Assembly: GCA_937951485.1 (NCBI GenBank)
Contig: CALEDJ010000045.1
Span: 139,100 to 203,099 of the forward strand
DNA: 64,000 nt
Direction: 5' to 3'
Source: an uncultured bacterium
GTDB lineage: Bacteria; Hydrogenedentota; Hydrogenedentia; Hydrogenedentales; CAILVY01
Shown here piece after piece: positions 28,333-36,862 of this stretch. Numbering within the stretch: position 1 is the stretch's first letter; each line of letters opens with the position of its first letter. The position numbers and the translations under genes are program-made. The notes beneath the pieces are model-generated. The model saw only the letters and a program-made list of their open reading frames with translations. It did no database searches and had not been told where the DNA came from.

Positions 28333-29586
28333 TCAATTCCTGCGCGCGGCAAGTGTCTCGATGAATGCCTCGATGCGTGTCTTCACCTGTTCATCGGACC
28401 AGGCGCGCGAATCGTTCATGTCGGCTTCGATCATCAGCGTGGGGATGTCGTGCTTTTCCATAAGCGCCTTGGCCAGTTCGTACTGACCGAAGGAATAGGC
28501 GCGGCAACTGCGGTTGGAATGCATGACGAAGCCGTCCAAGTGGAATTGCTTCACCATGCGGAGAAGATCGCGCTCCCGGTAGTCCAGCCCGTGGTTGATG
28601 TAACCGCCCATGTAGGTGGCGGCCATGGTGCGCAGGCGGTCGTTGGGATCGCGCAGATGCTCCGGCGCCTGGTAGCAGAATCCTTCGGGATAAGTGGAAA
28701 CCACAAGCGCCGTCTTGTAGGCGGCGAATTTTTCGGAAAGTTCCTTGATCTTGTACCAGATGGCGAGGTTGTCCCAGCCGAGCCGGAATGTTTCGCCCGG
28801 CACCGAGGCGATGCCGGCTTCGATGCGTTGGCGGATTTCATCGCGGAGCAGTTCGTAGTATTCGATGCAGAGTTCCGTGCCGCGCAGGGTGACGATGGGC
28901 GCGAGATGGATGAAGGTGTCGAAGGAATTCATGGGGGCGGGGCGGTGCGCGAGCATGCCCTGGATTTCCCGCCAGAGCGCCGCGGCCCGCTCGGAGATTT
29001 CCAGGGTCTCGTCCAGTTTGTCGCGGTCAATCGGCCTGCCCACAATTTCGCCGACGGACTGTATCATCGCCTCCAGTTGCGCTTTGACATAGTCAATGGC
29101 TTCGGGGCGGTCGTCGCCATACTGGTACGGCGCGTCAATGTAGATGAGGGGCACGTCAAAAATGCGCTGCAATTCCTGGTACCACTTGGTCACGGTGTCG
29201 CAGATATTGTTGCAGCAGACCAGCAGGTCGGGCTTGGGCAGGCCGCCGGGCACGGGGCTTTTTTTGGTGTAGATGGACCCGAAGTCTGTGCGGGCATAAG
29301 AGCAGAGGTCACGGGAAAAACCCCGTTCCTCGGCGGCGGCGCACAGTTCGTCGGCGATGCGCGTGGCCCCGCACATGGCGGCGTGGTTTTCCGGGTAGAT
29401 GGGAATGATGCCCGCGGCATAGAGGATTTCCACCGGCCCCCCGCTGGTGATCCATGCAATCTTCTGGTCCGTCCCCTCCGACATCTTGGCGATGCCGTAG
29501 TAGGTGGTCATGATTTCCTTCATGCGCTTGTACGCCTGAATGGGTACGCGTTCCTGTTCCGTCATAAGGCTCTGTCTTTCTTTCAT
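28333..29586 (-). CDS. 2-hydroxyacyl-CoA dehydratase / benzoyl-CoA reductase subunit (HgdA/BcrB-like)
   Basis: PENHAAMCG, DLCSYAR, PKPDLLVCCNNIC, HSNRSC, QVKTRIEAFIE. Confidence 0.88.
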   Translation of the reverse strand: MKERQSLMTEQERVPIQAYKRMKEIMTTYYGIAKMSEGTDQKIAWITSGGPVEILYAAGIIPIYPENHAAMCGATRIADELCAAAEERGFSRDLCSYARTDFGSIYTKKSPVPGGLPKPDLLVCCNNICDTVTKWYQELQRIFDVPLIYIDAPYQYGDDRPEAIDYVKAQLEAMIQSVGEIVGRPIDRDKLDETLEISERAAALWREIQGMLAHRPAPMNSFDTFIHLAPIVTLRGTELCIEYYELLRDEIRQRIEAGIASVPGETFRLGWDNLAIWYKIKELSEKFAAYKTALVVSTYPEGFCYQAPEHLRDPNDRLRTMAATYMGGYINHGLDYRERDLLRMVKQFHLDGFVMHSNRSCRAYSFGQYELAKALMEKHDIPTLMIEADMNDSRAWSDEQVKTRIEAFIETLAARRN

Positions 29587-29712
29587 GAGTTGTTGCTCCC
29601 GGGCAGCGCTTCAGCCGAATCGCGTAATGTTTTCTTTATTGTTTGGACAACCATGTTTTCGTTTCCTGTTTCAGGAAATCAGTACAAGACATTCGTGGGC
29701 ATTCATACAAAT

Positions 29713-29883
29713 AACCTCCCCCGGCGCTTCGCGCCACCCCCTTCAAAGGGGGATTTTGTAGCGAGATCCCGGGCAATGCCATATGTCTATAACAGCGCAA
29801 ATATCTTAATGCATGCAAATCCCCTTTGGGATATGAGAATGAAATCCCCCGTTGCAGGGGGCGTGGCGCAGCGCCGGGGGATG
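29713..29883. repeat. Inverted REP-like doublet (AAATCCCCCTTTGAAGGGGG..GGCGC..GCGCCGGGGG family)
   Basis: 29713-29757 and 29842-29883 are imperfect inverted copies, with a partial copy at 29817-29832. Confidence 0.75.
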
Positions 29884-29925
29884 CAAAAAAACAAAGGGCG
29901 TGATTCGACAATTTGTGCTATTCCG

Positions 29926-30732
29926 TTATTGTATTGTGTTTTTATTTTCCGCGGCGTCGCGGGCGTAGAGCGCCGCGCCCAGGGCGCCGACTGTCTGCGG
30001 CTCTTCGGGGATGACCACCGGCATGCCGGCGGCCTGCTCGATGCCGCGCACGACGCCGGAATTTTTCGCGACGCCGCCGGTCATCATCAACACCGGGGCC
30101 ATGCCGACCCGCGACGCCAGCGCATACACGCGCTGGGTGATCGCGGCGCACAACCCCGCCAGAATGCGCGGCACGCTTTCCCCTTTGGCCAGCAGCGAGA
30201 TGACCTCGCTTTCCGCAAAGACGGTGCAGGTGGAGGAAATGCGGGCGGGGGCATCGGCGGTGAGGGCGAGGGGGCCGATGGCCGCGAGGTCCACATCCAG
30301 CGTGCGCGCCATGACCTCCAGAAAACGTCCCGTTCCCGCTGCGCATTTGTCGTTCATCTCGAATTTTTTGACCATGCCCTTCGCGTCCAGCGCAATGGCC
30401 TTGGAATCCTGGCCGCCGATGTCAATGACGGCGCGGACGCCTGGGTTGAGGGCGTGTGCCCCCCGCGCATGGCAGGTAATCTCCGTGACCGCTTTGAGGC
30501 GGCCCGCCACATTCTCGCGGCCGTAGCCTGTGGAGATGAGCGCGGCGATGGCGTCACGCGCGAGCCCCGCGTCGGCAAGCGCCTTCGCCACGACCGCGTC
30601 GGCGGCGGCCGCCAGGTTGCCCCCGCTGGGCAGCAGGGCGTGCGCGAGCACCGCGCCGTCGGCATCCACCAGCACCGCCTTGGTGGTGGCCGATCCGACA
30701 TCCACGCCCGCAAAACAAGGTTTCACGCCCAT
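29926..30732 (-). CDS. CoA-substrate-specific enzyme activase (HgdC/BadF-like ASKHA ATPase)
   Basis: GVDVGSATTK, TGYGR, TEITCHA, DIGGQDSK, MNDKCAAGTGRFLE, CTVFAESE. Confidence 0.95.
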   Translation of the reverse strand: MGVKPCFAGVDVGSATTKAVLVDADGAVLAHALLPSGGNLAAAADAVVAKALADAGLARDAIAALISTGYGRENVAGRLKAVTEITCHARGAHALNPGVRAVIDIGGQDSKAIALDAKGMVKKFEMNDKCAAGTGRFLEVMARTLDVDLAAIGPLALTADAPARISSTCTVFAESEVISLLAKGESVPRILAGLCAAITQRVYALASRVGMAPVLMMTGGVAKNSGVVRGIEQAAGMPVVIPEEPQTVGALGAALYARDAAENKNTIQ

Positions 30733-31874
30733 GACGCGACTCTTCCCCGGAGCATCTCCGCAAAAGCCTCGACGCGCGTGCGCAGTTGCGCCGGCGCAGG
30801 CAAGTGCTGTTCCACCTCGAGCAACAGTGTCGGCATTTCCGCCGCTTCCAGCGTGCGACTGATATACGGATAGTCAAAGAACCACGGGTCGCAGAACTTC
30901 GTGAGCAAAAAGACCACGCCGTCGGCCTGGGCCGCGCGGGCGCGGTCCAGCATGTGCTGCGCCGCGTCGAATCCCGGTTTGTGAAAAGCCGGACAGGGCG
31001 TCCGCGCGAGATAGATTTCCGCCAACGATTCCAGCGGGTCGCCATCCGGCGGGTCCGGCAGAGAGAAAGACCGGGAACCCATGCAAAGATCGTCATCCAC
31101 CACGGCGCAGCCGGATTCCTCGATGGCCTTGATGAAATCTGCGTTTTGGCAGACGCTGCCCGCCACCAGCACGGCGGGACGCGGCCCGGGCGTGTCTTCC
31201 GGGCATGCCGCCACCGCATCCGCCAGCCGCGTTATCAACTCCAGGTGCGCCTGTTTCTCCATGAAAAACGACGCCGTCACCACGGCCAGCATTTCCGACC
31301 CCGAGATGACGCCCGGATGCGTGCGCCGCACCTCATAAAGCCGCCGCATTGCGGCGCGGTGTTTCTGATAGAGGCGGATGCTGTCCCACAACGCGTCATC
31401 GGCGACAGGCCCCGCAAGCGCCTCCACCGCCTGGCGCACCCGCTGCAACTCGCGGCGGAAAAAGGTCCGCGCGGGCGCGCCCTCGGTCTGCGTGGGCACG
31501 GACACGACGATCACCGCCATCTCCGGGCGGTTGCGCCGCCAGAGATCGGCCACGTTCTGCATTGTATCGCAGGTATGCGAGAAGACCGCCAGCCGAAGAA
31601 AGTCGAACTCATTGGCGAGCGCGCTGTCCAGCGCGCTTCGCGCGAAACTGCACGCATAGGGCTGGATGATTTCATCCGCCAGGGTTGCGCCGCCCTCCCG
31701 GCCCAGAATGCGCACGGGGAGATAGCCCGCCGCGTGGAACAACTCCTGCGGCGCATAGGAACACATGAACCCGGCCACCTTGCGCCCCGCATTCGCCGCC
31801 GCGCGCGCCGCGCCGTAGCCTTCCGCCGCCGCCGCCTGACACGCCGCCACTTCCGAAAATCTCGTTGTCGTCAT
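30723..31874 (-). CDS. 2-hydroxyacyl-CoA dehydratase / benzoyl-CoA reductase subunit (HgdB/BcrC-like)
   Basis: CSYAPQELFHAAG, ACSF, HTCD, DDLCMGSR, KFCDP..DYP, TRVEAFAE. Confidence 0.88.
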   Translation of the reverse strand: MTTTRFSEVAACQAAAAEGYGAARAAANAGRKVAGFMCSYAPQELFHAAGYLPVRILGREGGATLADEIIQPYACSFARSALDSALANEFDFLRLAVFSHTCDTMQNVADLWRRNRPEMAVIVVSVPTQTEGAPARTFFRRELQRVRQAVEALAGPVADDALWDSIRLYQKHRAAMRRLYEVRRTHPGVISGSEMLAVVTASFFMEKQAHLELITRLADAVAACPEDTPGPRPAVLVAGSVCQNADFIKAIEESGCAVVDDDLCMGSRSFSLPDPPDGDPLESLAEIYLARTPCPAFHKPGFDAAQHMLDRARAAQADGVVFLLTKFCDPWFFDYPYISRTLEAAEMPTLLLEVEQHLPAPAQLRTRVEAFAEMLRGRVASWA

Positions 31875-32096
31875 CAGCCCTTCTTTCTTTGGTTTCAACG
31901 ATTCATTCCAGTGACGTGACCTTGGATGTTAACACGTCACCCCTTTTTGTGTCATTTCAGCAGATTGAAGAAAATATTGTTCCTGAACCCGTCGTTGCGA
32001 GTCCGTCACCGCCTTCGGCGGCAATCGGCTGAAGAAAGGAAACGCACTTTCTTGGCAATCCAACAATTTGAGCCTGCCCGCCAACCCTGAATCCTC

Positions 32097-32271
32097 GTCA
32101 TTGTGAGCGAAACGAAGCAATCTCCGATATCATGAGGTCGCCGTTGTTTCAGATTGCGCCGCACCGCTCGCAATAATGACTTCCGCTGTGGCCGGTCTCC
32201 TGACCGCGCCACACATCCGACCGCAGGTCTCCATCTTTCAGTTGTGGCACGGTCTGGAGACCGGCCACAAC
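32097..32271. repeat. Cluster of palindromic repeats: a GTCATTGYGAG..AGCAATC element plus two GGAGACCGGCCACA-family copies
   Basis: 32097-32180 imperfect inverted repeat; 32185-32233 (minus) and 32241-32271 (plus) match the family at 18518-18667. Confidence 0.75.
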
Positions 32272-32312
32272 AACGATAAATATCGGGATTTCGCGCCGGG
32301 GTCCCCTGCATG

Positions 32313-33401
32313 TTACGCCGTGAACCGGCGGCCTTCGTCCAACATTGTCAGGTAATTGTCCAGCGGGATGTAATTGGCCACGCTGTTGCCGGTGCCCAGC
32401 ACGTAGCCGCCGCCGGGATGGCATGCTTCCAGGGTCTTCCGTACCCGTTTGCGGACCGCCGCTTCGTCTGCTCGACACAGGAAATCCACATCAATCCCGC
32501 CGAGGATGGCGATGCGGTCGCCATATTGACGTTTCGCCTCCACCACATCCTCAATAACGTCTTCAAAGGAGTGTTTTGCGTCAATGCGCACATCCTCGAT
32601 CAGGTCTTCCATGATGGCGCGCAGATTGCCGCAGGAATGCAGCAGGTACGGCCGGCCCGCCGCGTGCGCCATCGCCGCCATTTCCCTGTGGCCGGGCAGC
32701 ACGAATTCCCGCATGTCCGCCGGGCTGATCAGCGTGCCGGTGCGGAATCCCATGTCGTCGCTGCCCCAGATAATACCGACCCGATCGAACTGCAGCAGCC
32801 GTTTCAGAAATACACGGTAATACGCCTGAACGCGGTCCCTGATCGCGGCCACAAGGTCCCGGTTTTCGCACAACGCCACGCACAGGGTCTCGTAGCCCAT
32901 CAACCAAGAGAGATGCTCCGCGAAGTGCGCGAAGCCGCCGCTGCCCATGATGCACATGTTCTCGGGGAGGTGTTCCGAGAGCCATTCCAGCCCGGCCGTC
33001 GAAGCCTTGGCGGCGTCCGGCCACGGATATGCCTCGAACGTCTCCCAGGAAGTGATTGGCCCCTGGTGAAGATTTACAAAACTGCGGCCCGGCTCCCGCG
33101 CCAGCGGCGCGGTATCCTGCGTTGTGGCGTAATGCAGCAACCATTCCTGGCCCTCCAGGCTGTAGCGGACATAATCGTAACCGAGGAAAGACTGGAGGAT
33201 GATCTGCTTGCGCAGGGGGAAAAACCGGTCGCTGCGGTCCACCCCCTCGAGCAGGCCGAAACGTTCGCAGACCGCGTCCTGAACTTCGGGGTCAAGGAAC
33301 AACTCTATGTGATACACGCGGTCTGGTTCGCCCTCGCGAAGAATGCAGCGCCGCAATCCATGCCAATCCGGCGTAACCGCGCGTGAAAACGTATTCACCA
33401 A
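32313..33401 (-). CDS. Uroporphyrinogen decarboxylase (URO-D/MtaA-like) family protein
   Basis: GSDDMGFRTGTLISP, HSCGN, GGIDVD, GGGYVLGTGNSV..IPLDNY. Confidence 0.85.
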   Translation of the reverse strand: MVNTFSRAVTPDWHGLRRCILREGEPDRVYHIELFLDPEVQDAVCERFGLLEGVDRSDRFFPLRKQIILQSFLGYDYVRYSLEGQEWLLHYATTQDTAPLAREPGRSFVNLHQGPITSWETFEAYPWPDAAKASTAGLEWLSEHLPENMCIMGSGGFAHFAEHLSWLMGYETLCVALCENRDLVAAIRDRVQAYYRVFLKRLLQFDRVGIIWGSDDMGFRTGTLISPADMREFVLPGHREMAAMAHAAGRPYLLHSCGNLRAIMEDLIEDVRIDAKHSFEDVIEDVVEAKRQYGDRIAILGGIDVDFLCRADEAAVRKRVRKTLEACHPGGGYVLGTGNSVANYIPLDNYLTMLDEGRRFTA

Positions 33402-33658
33402 TCTGCCCTTACCCGTCCTGCGTATGCCTCGCCTTTCGGCGTCCCCGGCCGCCCGAACGCAAAGAATCTATCAGACTGTACTGAAATGATCAAGTGTGAC
33501 GGGAGGGATTTGCGCAATGTTCTTCTCTTCAAGGACTGTTGGCATCAAAACAACATGGGACTTTGATATGAAGACGCATTATAGGGATCATGTCGCGAAT
33601 GCCTGCCTGGATGGGAATAAAGTTGCAACAGGAAAGGTTGTGCTGGTAGGTTAAGTCT

Positions 33659-34069
33659 ATGTTCGAAAAGCGCAAAACAGGTATGCTCCTGATGGCGTTC
33701 TGGAGCGTGTTCAGTTGCAATCCCGCGATGCAGGGGATGGTGCTGTGCATTGCCGAAGAAGGTCATGTAGCACTCGAATTTCCCCCGCTCGGCGGGTGCA
33801 GCATGGCCGAAGAACAATCCGACGCCACGCCTGATTCGCCAGAGCGGAGCATGAAACAATGCGGCGCATGCACTGATGTCCCTCTTCCGGTTTCACAGGG
33901 CGACTTTCTGGGGACTGGGCCGCGTGCCGGTCATGACAAGGCACAATGGCCGATGATAAGTGTTGCGGAGGAACCAGAAAGCATTCATCTGCCGCCGATA
34001 CTGTCTTTGCGTTTCCCCCCCAATCTGGAGACAAATGCGCTCCTGCGCGCCACCATTCTTATCATTTGA
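33659..34069 (+). CDS. Small Cys/His-containing protein ahead of the metal efflux operon (CzcI-like)
   Basis: MVLCIAEEGHVALE, CGACTDVP, hydrophobic tail LRATILII; lies immediately upstream of the TolC-MFP-RND genes. Confidence 0.6.
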   Translation: MFEKRKTGMLLMAFWSVFSCNPAMQGMVLCIAEEGHVALEFPPLGGCSMAEEQSDATPDSPERSMKQCGACTDVPLPVSQGDFLGTGPRAGHDKAQWPMISVAEEPESIHLPPILSLRFPPNLETNALLRATILII

Positions 34070-34159
34070 TACCTTTCCTCCCTCCTTCGAAAAACGTTTG
34101 AAACCCGTCTCCCGTACGTTTTCATGTGAATGGCATGTGAATGCAGGAAATGTCCAACA

Positions 34160-35443
34160 ATGCTTCTTTCACCATTTTACTTGCTGGCGGTCTTTCTCGC
34201 ATCGGGTTTGACAGAAACCAGGCCATTGCCTGAGGAGCAATCTGTTTCGCTCTCATTGCGTGGGGCGCTGGGCCGCGCCCTGGAACATAGTCCGTCGCTC
34301 GCCGCTTTTGCCTGGGAACTCCGGGCGGCCGAGGCGCGGCTCCTCCAGGCCGGACTCCGGCCCAATCCGGAAATAGCGTTTGAATTCGAGGACATCGGCG
34401 CAGGAAGCGAGGATGCACAAGGCACGATTCTGGTGTCACAGAGGATTGAAATAAACGGTAAACGTGCGGCGCGCAAGCGGCTGGCGCAGTCCGAGCAAGA
34501 TTTGAGCCGCTGGGATTACGAGCGGGTGCGCGCAGACGTGCTCGAGCAGACAGCGACCGCGTTTATCGAGACATTGGGCGCTCAGGAACGCCAGAATCTG
34601 GCTGTTGACCTGGTGCGGCTCTCGGAGGCGGTTGCGAAGACCATTGGTCTGCGGGTTTCGGCAGGTCGCGTTTCACCGCTGGAGGCAGACCGGGCCAGCA
34701 TTTTGTTGTCGCTGGCGCAACTTGATGTTGAAGATGCCGCCGACGTTCTTTGGGCCGCCCGGCGCCGACTGGCGGCGAACTGGGGCGAAACAGCGCCGGA
34801 TTTCGAGGTCGTGTCTGGCCGCTTTGACACTTTGCAACCATTGCCCTCGTACGAGTCGCTGCGCGCGAAGGCGGCAGAAACCCCGGACCTGGCGCGGTGG
34901 GACGCTGAAATCCAGCGGAGCCATGCCGGCTTGGCATTGGCGCAATCAGAACGTGTGGCGGACCCCACCCTGAGATTTGGTTTCTGGAACATGGGGGTTG
35001 CCTCGCGGGCGCGCAAAAGCGGCCTGGTGCTGGGTTTCTCGATTCCTCTGCCGCTCTTCGACCGGAACCAAGGGCGAATCCGCGAAGCGGAGCACCTGGT
35101 TCGGAGAACAAACGAAGAACGCCGCGCGGCAGAGGTGGCGCACCAGACGGATTTGTTTGGCGCATATCAAGCGGCTCAAGTGGCTTATCGTCGCGCCATC
35201 CAGTTGAAAGAATCCATCCTGCCCGATGCGGAATCGCTCAGTGAACGTATTCGGGAAGGCTATTCCCACGGCAAGTTCGGCTACCTCGAGGTGCTGGACG
35301 CGGAGCGCGCCCTCTTTGAATTGCGCACGCAATACCTCGATGCCCTCATCCAATACCACGGCGCGGTGCTGCGCATGCAACGTTTGACGATGACGGGTTT
35401 TTTCCATCTGGAAAATGAAGAAGACAAGGGCTTATCCGAATGA
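34160..35443 (+). CDS. TolC-family outer-membrane factor (CzcC-like)
   Basis: QAGLRPNP, SIPLPLFDRNQG, YSHGKFGYLEVLDAER. Confidence 0.9.
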   Translation: MLLSPFYLLAVFLASGLTETRPLPEEQSVSLSLRGALGRALEHSPSLAAFAWELRAAEARLLQAGLRPNPEIAFEFEDIGAGSEDAQGTILVSQRIEINGKRAARKRLAQSEQDLSRWDYERVRADVLEQTATAFIETLGAQERQNLAVDLVRLSEAVAKTIGLRVSAGRVSPLEADRASILLSLAQLDVEDAADVLWAARRRLAANWGETAPDFEVVSGRFDTLQPLPSYESLRAKAAETPDLARWDAEIQRSHAGLALAQSERVADPTLRFGFWNMGVASRARKSGLVLGFSIPLPLFDRNQGRIREAEHLVRRTNEERRAAEVAHQTDLFGAYQAAQVAYRRAIQLKESILPDAESLSERIREGYSHGKFGYLEVLDAERALFELRTQYLDALIQYHGAVLRMQRLTMTGFFHLENEEDKGLSE

Positions 35444-36840
35444 ATATGAAATTATGGTTGTTGTGCGTTTTGGCTGGGACAGCCGGCGCAATCCTTGCGC
35501 TTGGATTGCGCGAAGCGTCGTTCCGTCTTCAAAAAAGCGTCCTGCCGCCCGGAAATACGATTGATGAATCCTGTCTCCTGGCACAAGCGGGTGAGACCTG
35601 CGGGGATGTCCGTGAGGAACATGGGGGAGAGAATGGCATCCATTCCTACTGCGGCCCTGGAATGGGTCTAACCATGTCTCTTGACGAAGTCCTGGCGGTG
35701 CGCTGCGAACATGCCGTGCTTGCCTATCGCTGCGACCAGTGCCGGTATGAGATAGGTGTGGTCGCTGTGCCACCGGAAATATCGGGGGTTGCTGAAAACG
35801 AGCGATTGGTCGCCTTTGATGTCTTGAAGCGGCGGCGGCTGAGCTCCGTCCATAGCTTCACGGGGGAAGTAAAATTCAATGAGTTGCGCACTGTCCGGGT
35901 CAGTTCGCCGATGCCGGGCATTCTGCGCGCGCTGAATGTTCAGCCGGGCGAGGCGGTTGCTCGGGACCAGGTGCTGTTTGAACTGGAGAGCGCGGAGATC
36001 AGTCAGTTGCTGGGGGAATACTTCGGAAATCGCACCCTGACGGAGATTGCCCGCAAGAATTACCTTCGTGAGAAGGACCTTCATGAGAAAGGTATTTCCG
36101 CCGAAAAAGAGATGCTCGATGCATGGATAGAATACGCGCAGTTTGAGGCGCGTCTCCGGACCGTCCGGCAGCAGTTGGCGGCCTTGGGGGTGGACGACGC
36201 TCAGATTCGAAATCATGACCAAGAGCCAGACGCGCCGTTTCGTATGGCGATCCGGGCGCCGCAGGAGGGGGTGGTAGTGTCGGTGCAGCGCACCGCCGGT
36301 CAGGTGACAGGGCCGGATGAACCTGTGTTAATCCTCTCCGATTTGGACACTTTGTGGGTACAGACGGACCTTTACGAACGGGATGTGCATCGTGTGTGGC
36401 CGCGGAACCTGTCTGGCGGCCAAGCGGCCGTGCGCACCGCGGCCTATCCGGATCATGTGTTTCAGGGCGTGGTGGGCTACCTTGACAACGTCATGGGTGA
36501 GACAACGCGGACGGTGAAACTGCGCGTCGAGGTTGATAATACAAATCGGCTGCTGCGTCCGGGAATGTTCTGTTCGGTGGAACTCCCCGCGGAACCGGAG
36601 GACGAAGTGCTGGCCGCACCCCGAGAGGCCGTGCTTCAGGATGAGGGCATGACGTTTCTTTTTGCGCATCTTCAGGACCACTATTACGTGCGCCGCCCTG
36701 TCAAAACGGGGCGTATGTTCGGCGACTGGATCGAAATCCTTGAAGGTGCGGCGGCCGGACAGACGATCGTGACACAAGGAGCCTTTCTGCTGAAGTCCGA
36801 TATCCTGCGCGAGAAACTGGGCGCCGGATGTGCGGATTGA
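35440..36840 (+). CDS. RND efflux periplasmic adaptor (CzcB/CusB-like)
   Basis: IRAPQEGVV, TRTVKLRV..N..LRPGMF; N-terminal Cys/His segment. Confidence 0.9.
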   Translation: MNMKLWLLCVLAGTAGAILALGLREASFRLQKSVLPPGNTIDESCLLAQAGETCGDVREEHGGENGIHSYCGPGMGLTMSLDEVLAVRCEHAVLAYRCDQCRYEIGVVAVPPEISGVAENERLVAFDVLKRRRLSSVHSFTGEVKFNELRTVRVSSPMPGILRALNVQPGEAVARDQVLFELESAEISQLLGEYFGNRTLTEIARKNYLREKDLHEKGISAEKEMLDAWIEYAQFEARLRTVRQQLAALGVDDAQIRNHDQEPDAPFRMAIRAPQEGVVVSVQRTAGQVTGPDEPVLILSDLDTLWVQTDLYERDVHRVWPRNLSGGQAAVRTAAYPDHVFQGVVGYLDNVMGETTRTVKLRVEVDNTNRLLRPGMFCSVELPAEPEDEVLAAPREAVLQDEGMTFLFAHLQDHYYVRRPVKTGRMFGDWIEILEGAAAGQTIVTQGAFLLKSDILREKLGAGCAD

Positions 36841-36862
36841 GCACTGTGGGGATCATATCGCT

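Noticed and set aside
28306-30873. Long antisense ORFs (855 aa here; also 19371-21635, 53091-55382, 55105-57165 and others)
   Set aside because: They are shadow ORFs opposite well-supported genes, as expected in GC-rich DNA with strong codon bias.
31911-31940. GTGACGTG-N14-CACGTCAC hairpin upstream of the dehydratase cluster
   Set aside because: It is a single 8-bp inverted repeat, and operator, terminator or chance cannot be told apart.
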